NCBI GenBank assembly: GCA_037133915.1
Contig: JBAXND010000006.1
Location: 31,832-95,831 of the forward strand
DNA length: 64,000 bases
Direction: 5' to 3'
Source of the DNA: Bacteroidota bacterium
Lineage (GTDB): Bacteria > Bacteroidota > Bacteroidia > Bacteroidales > CAIWKO01
Every line of letters starts with the position of its first letter. Positions within the stretch are counted from its first letter, which is position 1. The notes under the pieces were generated by a model. The model did no database searches, was not told where the DNA came from, and saw nothing but the letters and a program-made list of their open reading frames with translations. Shown here one piece after another: positions 47,748 to 57,649 of the stretch. A program made the translations under genes and the position numbers.

Positions 47748-49724
47748 ATGAAATACTTATCAATTAATACACTGGCAATAATATTTTTATTATCGCTTGG
47801 GTTTGAAGCGCAATCGCAGGTCACGAAAGATTATTCAGTGTTGCTCACCGCCACGATAGATACCGTACAGTCCAAAATTATTTTGCACTGGCCTAAAAGA
47901 ACAACCGCCACTGCACATACTGTTCACCGCAAAACTAAGAGTGCGGTGACCTGGGGCGCTCCGCTTGCAAACCTTGCCGGTACTGATACTGTATATACAG
48001 ATTATAATGTTGTTGTAGATTCTCTGTATGAATATCGCGTTACTGAAAACGCTCCGCCCATAAGCGCATCAGGATACATCTGTGTTGGGATGAACATGGC
48101 GGCAACAGAACACAGAGGTACGTTGATTTTAGTAGTCGATTCCACTTTTACGGACAGTCTTTCAGCAGAAATTCACACCTTAATGCAGGATATTTCAGGT
48201 GATGGATGGGCAATAATCCGTCACGACGTTTCCCGCACCGACAGCGTTACACACATCAAATCTCTTATTCTTGCTGATTATAATGCGGCTCCGGCCGAAG
48301 CAAAAGCGGTGCTGCTGTTCGGTCATGTTCCGGTGCCATTTTCGGGCGATTTTAATCCTGATGCACATCCCGATCATAAAGGCGCCTGGCCGGCAGATGC
48401 CTACTACGCCGACATGGATGGCACATACACTGATACAAGTATTTTTGATACCGTTGCCAGTCGTGCCGAGAATCGCAATATTCCGGGCGATGGGAAGTTT
48501 GATCAAAGCTACATTCCTACGGACGTTGAATTGCAGATTGGGCGCATTGACCTCTGGAATATGCCGTCATTCCCAAAAAGCGAGCAGGAATTGCTCAGGC
48601 AATACCTCCATAAAAATCATGCATTCCGAAATAAGTATTTTACGGCAATCCCGCGCGGACTTATTGATGATAATTTCGGCGCCTTCAGCGGCGAAGCATT
48701 TGCATTGGGCGGATGGAAAAATTTTGCACCTATGCTTGGTGATACTGCAATTCATGAACTTGATTTTTTTACAACACTTTCACAGCAAAGTTATTTATGG
48801 GCATATGGTTGCGGAGGTGGCTGGTATCAAGGTGCAGGTGGCGTTGGTTCTACCACCGATTTTGTAAACGACACTGTAAATTCTGTTTTCACGATATTGT
48901 TCGGCAGCTATTTTGGTGACTGGAGCGCACAGGATAATTTTTTGCGCGCGCCCCTGGCATCTACAGGAACAGCCCTTACAAGCTGTTGGTCAGGACGACC
49001 GCATTGGCTTTTTCATCATATGGCAATGGGTGAAAACATCGGGTATTCGGCAAAACTGTCCATGAACAATACCGGAACCTATGTTGGCAATTATTCAACG
49101 CATTGCATGCATATTGCGCTGATGGGCGATCCTACACTACGAATGCATGTTCTTGCACCCGCCTACGGATTAGGTATTGTGAACGACAGTAACCGTATCA
49201 ATATAGGTTGGTATGCTTCTCCAGAAAATGTTGACGGTTATTATGTTTTTCGCTCTGCAAGCGAGTTTGGGAAGTATTCTCGCATCAGCCCGACGCTGAT
49301 TTCCGGAACTTCTTTTACGGACTTTTCGCCTTCAGCGGGCGAGAATTATTACATGGTACGTGCAGTAAAACTTCAGGAAAGCCCATCCGGCAGCTATTAC
49401 AATATGAGTACCGGCATAACCGGTTATGTTTTTGCCGACCTGAGTGCTGTTTCAGAAAACGCCATGAATTCCGCAGGATTGATAGCCTATCCCAATCCCT
49501 GCGGCAATCAAACCACCCTTCAACTGAATTCGGAAATTACCGGCTCCGGGACCATTGAGGTTCATGACCTGTGCGGTCGCTTAATACAACATCAGGAAGT
49601 TTCTGTACTGCAAGGACGTTCGAGCATAACGTTAAATCTTTCGGAACTTGACGCCGGGTTGTATAGTATCAGTATAACTACCGTTGCAGGAATCTGGCGC
49701 ACCAGAGTTGAACATCTGCGGTAG
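47748..49724 (+). CDS. Secreted protein with Fn3-like domains, a gingipain(C25)-like central fold and a T9SS type A C-terminal sorting domain
   Basis: Signal peptide. The C-terminus is YPNPCGNQTTLQL...IEVHDLCGRLI...LDAGLYSISITT. The central region has LLFGHVPVP, WAYGCGGG and LMGDPTLR. Confidence 0.6.
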   Translation: MKYLSINTLAIIFLLSLGFEAQSQVTKDYSVLLTATIDTVQSKIILHWPKRTTATAHTVHRKTKSAVTWGAPLANLAGTDTVYTDYNVVVDSLYEYRVTENAPPISASGYICVGMNMAATEHRGTLILVVDSTFTDSLSAEIHTLMQDISGDGWAIIRHDVSRTDSVTHIKSLILADYNAAPAEAKAVLLFGHVPVPFSGDFNPDAHPDHKGAWPADAYYADMDGTYTDTSIFDTVASRAENRNIPGDGKFDQSYIPTDVELQIGRIDLWNMPSFPKSEQELLRQYLHKNHAFRNKYFTAIPRGLIDDNFGAFSGEAFALGGWKNFAPMLGDTAIHELDFFTTLSQQSYLWAYGCGGGWYQGAGGVGSTTDFVNDTVNSVFTILFGSYFGDWSAQDNFLRAPLASTGTALTSCWSGRPHWLFHHMAMGENIGYSAKLSMNNTGTYVGNYSTHCMHIALMGDPTLRMHVLAPAYGLGIVNDSNRINIGWYASPENVDGYYVFRSASEFGKYSRISPTLISGTSFTDFSPSAGENYYMVRAVKLQESPSGSYYNMSTGITGYVFADLSAVSENAMNSAGLIAYPNPCGNQTTLQLNSEITGSGTIEVHDLCGRLIQHQEVSVLQGRSSITLNLSELDAGLYSISITTVAGIWRTRVEHLR

Positions 49725-49772
49725 TTCGTTGTACATTAAACATTAACAAGACCGTAATTCAAAGGTTTTTAT

Positions 49773-49780
49773 TATCTTTG
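49773..49780 (+). promoter_or_regulatory. -7 box TATCTTTG for cdd
   Basis: Matches TAnnTTTG, 36 nt upstream of the ATG at 49816. Confidence 0.4.
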
Positions 49781-49815
49781 CGCTCCCATTATCTGAAAAG
49801 ACAATACGTTCAACG

Positions 49816-50316
49816 ATGAGAGAAACCAATATCCGTATCACTGTTGAAGAATACAGCAACATTGATGAACTTAAGCCGGATGACAAAGCCCTGATGATGA
49901 AAGCCAGGGAGGCATCAAATTCTGCCTATGCACCATACAGCCGTTTTCTGGTAGGCGCGGCTGTTCTGCTCGAAAATGGACTTATCATTACCGGAAACAA
50001 TCAGGAGAATGCCGCTTACCCTTCGGGCCTTTGCGCCGAGCGCGTAGCCCTGTTTGCTGCCTCTGCCACTCATCCGGGTGTTGCAGTGAAGGCAATTGCG
50101 GTTACTGCAAAATCGGAAGATTTTGTAATAAATGCCCCCGTTACACCCTGCGGCTCTTGCCGGCAGGTGATGTCAGAATATGAGATGCTTTCCAAGGCAC
50201 CCATGCGTATTCTGATGATGGGCGAAACCGGTGAAGTTCATGTTGTGCAGGGCGTTTCCTCAGTATTACCCTTCATGTTCGATTCAAGCCTTTTAAAAAG
50301 AAAAACCGGTCAATAA
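49816..50316 (+). CDS. cdd: Cytidine deaminase
   Basis: Zinc motifs CAERVALF and PCGSCRQVM. Confidence 0.9.
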   Translation: MRETNIRITVEEYSNIDELKPDDKALMMKAREASNSAYAPYSRFLVGAAVLLENGLIITGNNQENAAYPSGLCAERVALFAASATHPGVAVKAIAVTAKSEDFVINAPVTPCGSCRQVMSEYEMLSKAPMRILMMGETGEVHVVQGVSSVLPFMFDSSLLKRKTGQ

Positions 50317-50459
50317 TCCGCCTTTAGTTAGAATATTATTATATTAGCACGGATTTTCCGGGTGCGCCATAATTGTGTTGTTCAGGGGCATTTCAGAAGA
50401 AATTTCCGGGTACTTTCCCGGAGAAAGGGAAGCGAAGTACTCACCAAAAACGGGACTGT

Positions 50460-51323
50460 ATGAAAGTTAAACTACTTCTGATTAGTTTGTTTATCATTTT
50501 CACTGCGATGACAAATGACAAACCTGCTTACCAGTTATACAACGTCAAAGGGAAAAAGGCAAATTTCAGTTCACTGGTAAAGGATGCAGCAAGCTGCCAA
50601 GTAGTGCTTTTCGGAGAATTACACAATAATCCTGTGTCACACTGGTTGGAATTACAACTTGCCAAAGAGCTGTTCAAGCTTAAAAAACAAGATCTTATTC
50701 TTGGTGCCGAAATGTTTGAATCCGATAATCAAGCCGAGCTCGATAAATACATGAAAGGTGAGATTAACGAAGATTCCATGAGTGCCCATGTTCGGCTCTG
50801 GCCCAACTATGAAACCGATTACAGGCCGCTTGTAGAATTTGCACGTAATACCAATCTGAAATTCATTGCTACCAACATTCCTCGCAAATATGCGTCCATG
50901 GTGAATAAAGGCGGATTTGAAGCCTTAGATGCCCTTACGGCAGAAGAAAAACTTTTGTTTGCCCCACTTCCGGTTGATTATGACGGAGAACTGGACTGCT
51001 ATAAGAAAATGCTTGAAATGAATATGGGCGGTCATCAGGTAACACCCAACTTTCCAAAAGCACAGGCGATAAAAGATGCCACCATGGCATATTTCATCAA
51101 TAAAAACAATGCCGAAAACAAATGCTTCCTGCACTTCAACGGATCGTACCATTCCGATAATTTTGAGGCCATGATGTGGTACCTCAAACGCCTTGACCCA
51201 TACATGAAAGTGCTTACTATTGCTACCGTGGAGCAATCGCAGCTTGACAAACTTTCTGAAGAATATATTCTATTAGCTGATTATATAATCGTTGTGCCCG
51301 ACGACATGACCAAAACATACTGA
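50460..51323 (+). CDS. ChaN-family (haem-binding uptake, Tiki-like) protein
   Basis: Signal peptide from the ATG at 50460. Motifs VVLFGELHNN, GAEMFE and HFNGSYHSD. Confidence 0.7.
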   Translation: MKVKLLLISLFIIFTAMTNDKPAYQLYNVKGKKANFSSLVKDAASCQVVLFGELHNNPVSHWLELQLAKELFKLKKQDLILGAEMFESDNQAELDKYMKGEINEDSMSAHVRLWPNYETDYRPLVEFARNTNLKFIATNIPRKYASMVNKGGFEALDALTAEEKLLFAPLPVDYDGELDCYKKMLEMNMGGHQVTPNFPKAQAIKDATMAYFINKNNAENKCFLHFNGSYHSDNFEAMMWYLKRLDPYMKVLTIATVEQSQLDKLSEEYILLADYIIVVPDDMTKTY

Positions 51324-51332
51324 CCCTGAATA

Positions 51333-52196
51333 ATGGCCGATAAGCCCAAACAGCAGATACTTGTTCCTTATGATTATACTACCGTTGCGAAAAATGCGCT
51401 GCAGTGCGGTATTCGTATGGCCAGGATATTTAATTGCGAAATTTCAATAGTGTATGCTGTGAGCCGTCGTGAAGCAAAAACCTGGACTCAATGGGACCAT
51501 GCTAAGGCTGAAATTCGCAAAAAACTTATTCCCGTTGCCAATGATGTGATTTCAAAACAAGGCATCAATACGAGTGTTTATGTGTTCAAGGGGCAGATAG
51601 ATCATGTGATTTCTACATTTTATGAGCGCATAAATGCCATCATGATGGTTGCCGGATTCAACGCTCAAGGCAAAGAAAAGAATGCTTTTTTTTCTTTAAA
51701 ATCAATTATTAATAAATTCCGTGAGCTGCGCATACCGATTCTTGTGGTGCAGGACATAAGCCATGAAGGCAATATGTTTCAGAATATCATCATGCCGGTT
51801 GATTTTAATAAAGAGGCCAAAGAAAAATCTTCGTGGGCAGGTTTTTTCAGTAAGTTGAACCGTTCGCGCATTTACCTTGTCAGCCGCACTTACCGTGACC
51901 CATTCTTTGCTGCGCAGATAAAAAATAATCTCACCTCTATAAAAAAACTTTTTGATACTGCTGAAGTTGTCTTTGAAGAAAAGAATGCCGGCACTATACG
52001 GGGAAGCATAGACCGCTTTGCGCTTGACTTTGCGCGTGCCAATAATGGCGATATGCTTATTTTAATGGCTACCCCCGAACGCGGCATCGACGATTATTTT
52101 ATTGGTCCGCCCGAGAAACGCATCATTGCCGCAGCGCGCGATATTCCGGTACTGCTGCTCAATCCAAGAGATGACCTCTACCTGCCCTGTGTGTAA
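51333..52196 (+). CDS. Tandem universal stress protein (UspA) family protein
   Basis: Two Usp-like halves (ILVPYDYT..., IIMPVDFN...; DMLILMA) and an IPVLLL ending. Confidence 0.7.
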   Translation: MADKPKQQILVPYDYTTVAKNALQCGIRMARIFNCEISIVYAVSRREAKTWTQWDHAKAEIRKKLIPVANDVISKQGINTSVYVFKGQIDHVISTFYERINAIMMVAGFNAQGKEKNAFFSLKSIINKFRELRIPILVVQDISHEGNMFQNIIMPVDFNKEAKEKSSWAGFFSKLNRSRIYLVSRTYRDPFFAAQIKNNLTSIKKLFDTAEVVFEEKNAGTIRGSIDRFALDFARANNGDMLILMATPERGIDDYFIGPPEKRIIAAARDIPVLLLNPRDDLYLPCV

Positions 52197-52267
52197 AAAG
52201 ACACCATAAAAAAAGCCGCAGTAGGCAGCTTTTTTTATTCTATTATCTTATATCTGTTGTCTAAAGT

Positions 52268-52900
52268 CTATTTCTCGATGCCTTCGGGTTTGGCGAACAG
52301 TTTTTTCTGGAAAACGAGCAGAGCAAGCACACCAACAGTGATGGAAGAATCGGCAATGTTGAATACAGGGCTGAAGAATTCAAATTCTTCGCCGCCCCAA
52401 AATGGCAGCCAGGCTGGAAAATGGCCGTGCATCATTGGAAAATAAAGCATATCCACCACTTTGCCGTGAAGGAATGTTCCGTATCCACCACCGTGTGGAA
52501 ATATCTGTGCAACGTCAAATGGAGTGCTCTCACTGAAAATAAGACCGTAGAAAGCACTGTCGATAAGGTTTCCGGCGGCTCCTGCAAGTATCAGAGACAT
52601 CACAACCACCAGCCATTTGTTCGCGCCTTTTTTGATGAGCGTATACAGGTACCAGCCAATTGCGCCAATGGCAATTGCACGAAATACGGTAAGAAATATT
52701 TTGCCGAAGCGACCGGCAAACTCCATCCCGAATGCCATGCCATTGTTCTCGATAAAGTGTATTTGCGACCAGGGTCCAAATATTTCGAACGACTGGCCGA
52801 TACACATATGCGTCTTGATCCAGAACTTTACAAGCTGGTCTATTAACAATATCAGGAAGGTTACTAAAATCGCCCTTTTCAATGCAGCAGTTTTGAACAA
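52268..52900 (-). CDS. lspA: Lipoprotein signal peptidase (signal peptidase II)
   Basis: DQLVKFW, NNGMAFG, AGNLID and FNIADS. Confidence 0.9.
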   Translation of the reverse strand: MFKTAALKRAILVTFLILLIDQLVKFWIKTHMCIGQSFEIFGPWSQIHFIENNGMAFGMEFAGRFGKIFLTVFRAIAIGAIGWYLYTLIKKGANKWLVVVMSLILAGAAGNLIDSAFYGLIFSESTPFDVAQIFPHGGGYGTFLHGKVVDMLYFPMMHGHFPAWLPFWGGEEFEFFSPVFNIADSSITVGVLALLVFQKKLFAKPEGIEK

Positions 52901-52903
52901 TAC

Positions 52904-54136
52904 CTATAATAAATCTTTGCGAACATGCTGCATAAGCTTGGCTTCCATACTCAGGGTGGCGTGAGGCACACTTCTGAGGCGCTCTTTGGAAATCAATTTT
53001 CCAGTAACGCGGCAGATGCCGTATGATTTGTTCTCAATACGAATCAGTGCATTCTCAAGCGATTTGATGAATTTTGCCTGACGCAGTGCGAGCTGACTGT
53101 TTTCTTCTTTAGAAAGCACTTGCGAACCTTCTTCAAGAGTTTTGAAAGTGGGCGCGGTATCCATAATGTCGGCACTTGCGCTGTTGGAGTATGCTTCGGT
53201 CAGCAACTGAAAGTCGTGACGTGCTTCTTCAAGTTTACGCATAATTATCGCCTTGAATTCCAGCAGTTCTTCGTCGGAATATCGTTGTCTCGTTTGTTCT
53301 TCTTTTGTTAACTCTTTCGGCGGTACTACCTTGGGCGCCAATGCGGCGGGTGGAAATGAAATTTTCGGCAAATGTTTTTCTACCGGTTTTTTTCCTGACA
53401 CAACTTTCGGAAGCGCTTTTTTAACAGGCTCAGGCTTGGGTGCTGGTTTTACAACCGGAGTAATTTTAACCGGAGTTTTTGCAACAGCCGGTTTTGCCGG
53501 AATCACCTTTTTAACTTCTGTTTTTTTAGCAACCGGTTTCGTCGAACTTTTTTTTGCCGGAGCAACTTTTGCAACAGGTTTTTTAACAACAACTTTCTTC
53601 ACAATAGTAGTTTTAGCTGGGGCTTTCTTTATAACGGGCTTCTTCGCTACAATCTTTTTAGCCGGCGATTTCTTGGACACAACTTTTTTTACCGCAGCTT
53701 TTTTGATTGGAGCTTTTTTAATGGGAGTCTTTTTTATAATCGGCTTTTTAGCGACCACCTTTTTTGCCGGAGCTTTTTTGACAACGGGCTTTTTAGCGAC
53801 CACTTTTTTAATCGGAGCTTTTTTAGCAACGATTTTTTTTGCAACCACTTTCTTAACGGCAACCTTTTTTATAATGGGCTTCTTTGCAACCACTTTTTTC
53901 ACCGGAGCCTTTTTAGCAACGATTTTTTTTGCAACCACTTTTTTTACGGGAGCCTTTTTAATTACACTTTTCTTAGGAAGAGCCTTTTTAGCCACAACTT
54001 TTTTTGCCGGAGCAGCCTTTTTAACGGGCTTTTTAGCAACAGGTTTTGCCGGGGTGGCTTTCTTAACGGTTTTTGCAACAGGCTTGGCTGCTTTCTTTGC
54101 CGGAACTTTGGCTTTTGCTTTATCCTTGCTTTTCAT
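52904..54136 (-). CDS. DksA/TraR-family domain (C-terminal ~135 aa) fused to a ~275-aa histone-H1-like Lys/Ala/Pro/Val repeat region
   Basis: The C-terminus has a coiled coil plus YGICRVTGKLISKERLRSVPHATL. The N-terminus is KKAAKPVAKTVKK...KKVVAKKIVAKKAPVKKVVAKKPIIKK repeated many times. The gene lies between ileS and lspA. Confidence 0.8.
   Translation of the reverse strand: MKSKDKAKAKVPAKKAAKPVAKTVKKATPAKPVAKKPVKKAAPAKKVVAKKALPKKSVIKKAPVKKVVAKKIVAKKAPVKKVVAKKPIIKKVAVKKVVAKKIVAKKAPIKKVVAKKPVVKKAPAKKVVAKKPIIKKTPIKKAPIKKAAVKKVVSKKSPAKKIVAKKPVIKKAPAKTTIVKKVVVKKPVAKVAPAKKSSTKPVAKKTEVKKVIPAKPAVAKTPVKITPVVKPAPKPEPVKKALPKVVSGKKPVEKHLPKISFPPAALAPKVVPPKELTKEEQTRQRYSDEELLEFKAIIMRKLEEARHDFQLLTEAYSNSASADIMDTAPTFKTLEEGSQVLSKEENSQLALRQAKFIKSLENALIRIENKSYGICRVTGKLISKERLRSVPHATLSMEAKLMQHVRKDLL
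53440..54110 (-). repeat. Degenerate in-frame tandem repeats encoding (K-K-x-x-A/V-K-K) units, with 90-bp super-period
   Basis: An exact 30-mer (ttttagcaacgattttttttgcaaccactt) occurs at 53821-53850 and 53911-53940. The boundaries of the array are approximate. Confidence 0.7.
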
Positions 54137-54159
54137 AATGCAGAATTTAGTAATTAGAA

Positions 54160-57100
54160 TTATACCGTACTCTTCCTGATGAGAATATTAACTTTAATTT
54201 CGTCTGTTACTTCTGATAAAACTTTCTCGGGATTCTCAATACTATCAATCACTTTAAGTGATTTTGCCAAAATTTCGCTGCAAATATATGTAAAATTATT
54301 GTTAACCGCTGAAATAATTTCGGCATGGTTTTCAATCTGAACGTCTATGGTATCGGTCACCTCAAACGCATTGTCTTTACGTAAGTTCTGTATCCGATTC
54401 ACCAGTTCGCGGGCAATCCATTCTTCCTTCAGTTTATCCGTCAAAGTTATATCAAGTGCAACCGTAATATTTCCCGACGCAGATACGACCCAGCCGGGGA
54501 TATCCTCGGTAACAATCTCAACATCACTTAATGTAAGTTCAACATCCTGACCTTCAATTGACAGCATGTAGCTGTTATTCATCTCAATACTGTTGATATC
54601 CTCTTGAGTGAACGCACTGATGGCTGCCGCAACCTGCTTCATAATCTTACCGCAGCGGGAACCGAGACTTTTGAAATTGGCTTTGATGCTTTTAACAAGA
54701 ATACTTGCACCTGCATCGATATATTCAAGTTCTTTTACATTTACCTCGGCCAGTATGATGTTTTTAACTGCATCAAGTTGAGCTTTGGTAGCTGCATCGG
54801 GCATTGGAATCATAATCTTTGCCAATGGCTGGCGCACCCTCAGGTTGGTTTTTTTGCGCATCGAGAGTACCAACGATGATATTTTCTGTGCCAGTTGCAT
54901 TCTTTGTTCCAGATCTTTATCTATTAGATTTGTATCTGAAACAGGAAATTCGCTCAGATGTACCGATTCTGCTTTCAGTCTTCCCGAAACTCCGTTAAGA
55001 TCAACGAAAAGCCTGTCGGCAAAGAAAGGAGCCAGCGGTGCCATCAGGTGTGAAAGCACTTCAAGGCAGCGATACAATGTTTGATAAGCGGCTATTTTAT
55101 CTTCAGTATATTCCCCTTTCCAGAAACGACGACGGCACAAACGCACATACCAGTTGCTCAGGTATTCGTCCACAAAATTCTGAATGGCACGACCTGCTTT
55201 GGTGGGTTCATAGTCAGCATAAAAGCCGTCAACATCATTAATAAGCGTATTCAGTTCTGAGAGTATCCAACGATCTATCTCAGGACGTGACGCCATCGGC
55301 ACTTCCGCTTCGGTATAAGTAAACCCGTCAATATTCGCGTAAAGCGCAAAGAAAGCGTAGGTATTGTGCAATGTTCCGAAAAACTTACGTTGTACCTCAC
55401 CAATACCTTCGAGGTCAAATTTCAAATTATCCCAGGGCTGCGCATTGGTAATCATATACCAGCGTGTTGCATCAGGACCGTATTTATTAAGGGTTTCGAA
55501 CGGGTCAACGGCATTGTTCAGACGTTTCGACATTTTATTCCCGAGTTTGTCTAACACCAATCCATTTGAAACACAGGTCTTGTATGAAACTGAATCGAAC
55601 AGCATCACGGCAATGGCATGCAGGGTAAAAAACCATCCGCGTGTCTGGTCAACGCCTTCGGCGATGAAATCGGCAGGGAAATTTGTATCAAAAAATTCTT
55701 TGTTCTCGAACGGATAATGGCATTGTGCGTAAGGCATGGCTCCTGAATCGAACCACACATCAATAAGGTCGGTTTCGCGGTACATGCGCTCGCCCGTGAG
55801 CGAAGAAAGGACAATCTCATCAACATAAGGTCTGTGCAGGTCAACTTTTGCGTAATTGCTTACCGACATATCGCCGGGAATAAAGTCGCTGTAAGGATTT
55901 GCTTTCATAAAACCGGCTTCTACCGAGCGGTCTATTTCTTTCAGCAGTTCTTCGATGCTGCCTATGCAGATGCGTTCGCTGTGGTCGGCATTGGCCCATA
56001 CAGGCAAGGGCACACCCCAAAAGCGCGAGCGCGAAAGATTCCAGTCCACAAGATTTTCGAGCCAGTTGCCGAATCGTCCGGTACCGGTAGCTTCGGGCTT
56101 CCAGTTAATCGTTTTGTTCAATTCAATCATTCGCTCTTTGTAGGCTGTGGTTTTGATAAACCAGGAGTCGAGCGGATAGTAAAGAATGGGTTTATCGGTT
56201 CGCCAGCAATGCGGATAGGAATGTTCGTATTTCTCGGCTTTAAAAGCTTTATTTTCTTTTTTTAATTTGATAATGATATCAACGTCCACATTTTGCTCAC
56301 GCATAGGATCGTTGTCCGGGTAATATTCACTCTTAACAAAGCGACCGGCAAATTCACCCATCGCATCTACAAATTTTCCCAGTTTATTTACCAGCGTAAG
56401 AGAGCCGAGTCCGAACTGTTTTGACATGCGGAAGTCGTCGGCACCAAAGCTGGGGGCAATATGCACAATGCCGGTGCCGTCTTCGGTAGAAACGAAATCT
56501 CCAACTATCACCACAAATGCGTCCCCGTCTGCAGGCTGTGCATAAGGCATCAGCTGTTCATACCGCATCCCTGCAAGAGCTGACCCTTTATGATTTCCGA
56601 GAACTTTGAACGGAATATTTTTGTCGCCTTCTTTGTAATCTTCCATGGCCAGACCGGCGTTTTTTTCAGGAAAATATTTTTCCATCAAAGCGGTAGCCAG
56701 AATAACATTAACAGGTTGGTAGCTGTATGGATTAAACGTGCTTACTACCGAATATTCTATATTCTTTCCAACGGCCAGCGCCGTATTTGAAGGCAGTGTC
56801 CAGGGAGTTGTTGTCCAGGCGAGGAAGAATAATTCCGAACCTGCTGATTTCACAAGCGATTCCGTTACCGGATGTTTATCTGCAACAACACGGAACTGGG
56901 CCACCAGCGAGCTGTCTTTCACATTTTTGTAGCAGCCCGGAAGGTTGAGTTCGTGTGAGCTCAGGCCGGTGCCTGCTGCCGGAGAGTAAGGCTGAATGGT
57001 ATATCCTTTATAAAGCAGTCCTTTATCGTAAAGTTTGCCGAGCAGGTACCATACGCTCTCCACATATTTGTTGTCGAATGTGATATAAGGATGCTCGAGG

Positions 57101-57534
57101 TCAACCCAGTAGCCCATTTTCACGGTAAGGTCATCCCACTGGTCTTTATATTTCATCACCTCCTTGCGGCAGGCATTGTTGTAATCGGCAATTGATATTG
57201 TTTTCCCGATATCGTCTTTAGTAATGCCCAGTGTTTTTTCAACTGCAATTTCGATAGGAAGACCATGTGTATCCCAACCGGCTTTGCGCTCAACAAGGTG
57301 CCCTTTCAGCGTTTTATAGCGGCAGAACAGGTCTTTGATGGCGCGTGCCATAACGTGGTGGATACCGGGTTTCCCGTTGGCCGATGGCGGCCCTTCATAA
57401 AAAACGTAGGGCGTGCAGCCTTTGCGGGTTTCCACGCTTTTCTTAAAAATATTGTTTTCTTCCCAAAACCGTCCGATTTCGCCGGCTATCCGTGTCAGCT
57501 CAAGTTGTTTGTATTCGTTGTATTTACTGCTCAT
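54160..57534 (-). CDS. ileS: Isoleucine--tRNA ligase
   Basis: The HIGH-region motif PPSANGKPGIHH, KMSKRL, and a start at the ATG at 57534 (MSSKYNEYK). Confidence 0.95.
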   Translation of the reverse strand: MSSKYNEYKQLELTRIAGEIGRFWEENNIFKKSVETRKGCTPYVFYEGPPSANGKPGIHHVMARAIKDLFCRYKTLKGHLVERKAGWDTHGLPIEIAVEKTLGITKDDIGKTISIADYNNACRKEVMKYKDQWDDLTVKMGYWVDLEHPYITFDNKYVESVWYLLGKLYDKGLLYKGYTIQPYSPAAGTGLSSHELNLPGCYKNVKDSSLVAQFRVVADKHPVTESLVKSAGSELFFLAWTTTPWTLPSNTALAVGKNIEYSVVSTFNPYSYQPVNVILATALMEKYFPEKNAGLAMEDYKEGDKNIPFKVLGNHKGSALAGMRYEQLMPYAQPADGDAFVVIVGDFVSTEDGTGIVHIAPSFGADDFRMSKQFGLGSLTLVNKLGKFVDAMGEFAGRFVKSEYYPDNDPMREQNVDVDIIIKLKKENKAFKAEKYEHSYPHCWRTDKPILYYPLDSWFIKTTAYKERMIELNKTINWKPEATGTGRFGNWLENLVDWNLSRSRFWGVPLPVWANADHSERICIGSIEELLKEIDRSVEAGFMKANPYSDFIPGDMSVSNYAKVDLHRPYVDEIVLSSLTGERMYRETDLIDVWFDSGAMPYAQCHYPFENKEFFDTNFPADFIAEGVDQTRGWFFTLHAIAVMLFDSVSYKTCVSNGLVLDKLGNKMSKRLNNAVDPFETLNKYGPDATRWYMITNAQPWDNLKFDLEGIGEVQRKFFGTLHNTYAFFALYANIDGFTYTEAEVPMASRPEIDRWILSELNTLINDVDGFYADYEPTKAGRAIQNFVDEYLSNWYVRLCRRRFWKGEYTEDKIAAYQTLYRCLEVLSHLMAPLAPFFADRLFVDLNGVSGRLKAESVHLSEFPVSDTNLIDKDLEQRMQLAQKISSLVLSMRKKTNLRVRQPLAKIMIPMPDAATKAQLDAVKNIILAEVNVKELEYIDAGASILVKSIKANFKSLGSRCGKIMKQVAAAISAFTQEDINSIEMNNSYMLSIEGQDVELTLSDVEIVTEDIPGWVVSASGNITVALDITLTDKLKEEWIARELVNRIQNLRKDNAFEVTDTIDVQIENHAEIISAVNNNFTYICSEILAKSLKVIDSIENPEKVLSEVTDEIKVNILIRKSTV

Positions 57535-57569
57535 TTTCAGTGTTTTGTGTAGTCGCCAGATAAAGGGTG

Positions 57570-57577
57570 CAAAGATA
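57570..57577 (-). promoter_or_regulatory. -7 box TATCTTTG for ileS
   Basis: The reverse complement of caaagata, 36 nt upstream of the ATG at 57534. Confidence 0.4.
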
Positions 57578-57623
57578 GAAAAAAATGTGAAACGGAGATC
57601 ATTTGGCGGCAGCAATAAAAGGG

Positions 57624-57649
57624 ACAGTCCCGATTTTCACCGGGACTGT
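57624..57649 (-). terminator. 9-bp hairpin upstream of the ileS promoter (possible terminator of the 57857-58273 unit)
   Basis: acagtcccg/cgggactgt with an 8-nt loop. On the minus strand it is followed by cccTTTTaTT. It lies about 210 nt beyond the upstream stop codon. Confidence 0.3.

Noticed and set aside
53253-54179. 308-aa plus-strand ORF rich in F, T, G and A
   Set aside because: It is the antisense reading of the Lys-codon repeat array (AAA/AAG read as TTT/CTT). It has no start context or family features and is fully contained in the H1-like/DksA gene.
43797-57632. Shared 10-mer gacagtcccg in the hairpins at 43797-43806 and 57623-57632 (possible REP-like element)
   Set aside because: A single 10-nt match is expected many times by chance in 64 kb, and the flanks do not align.
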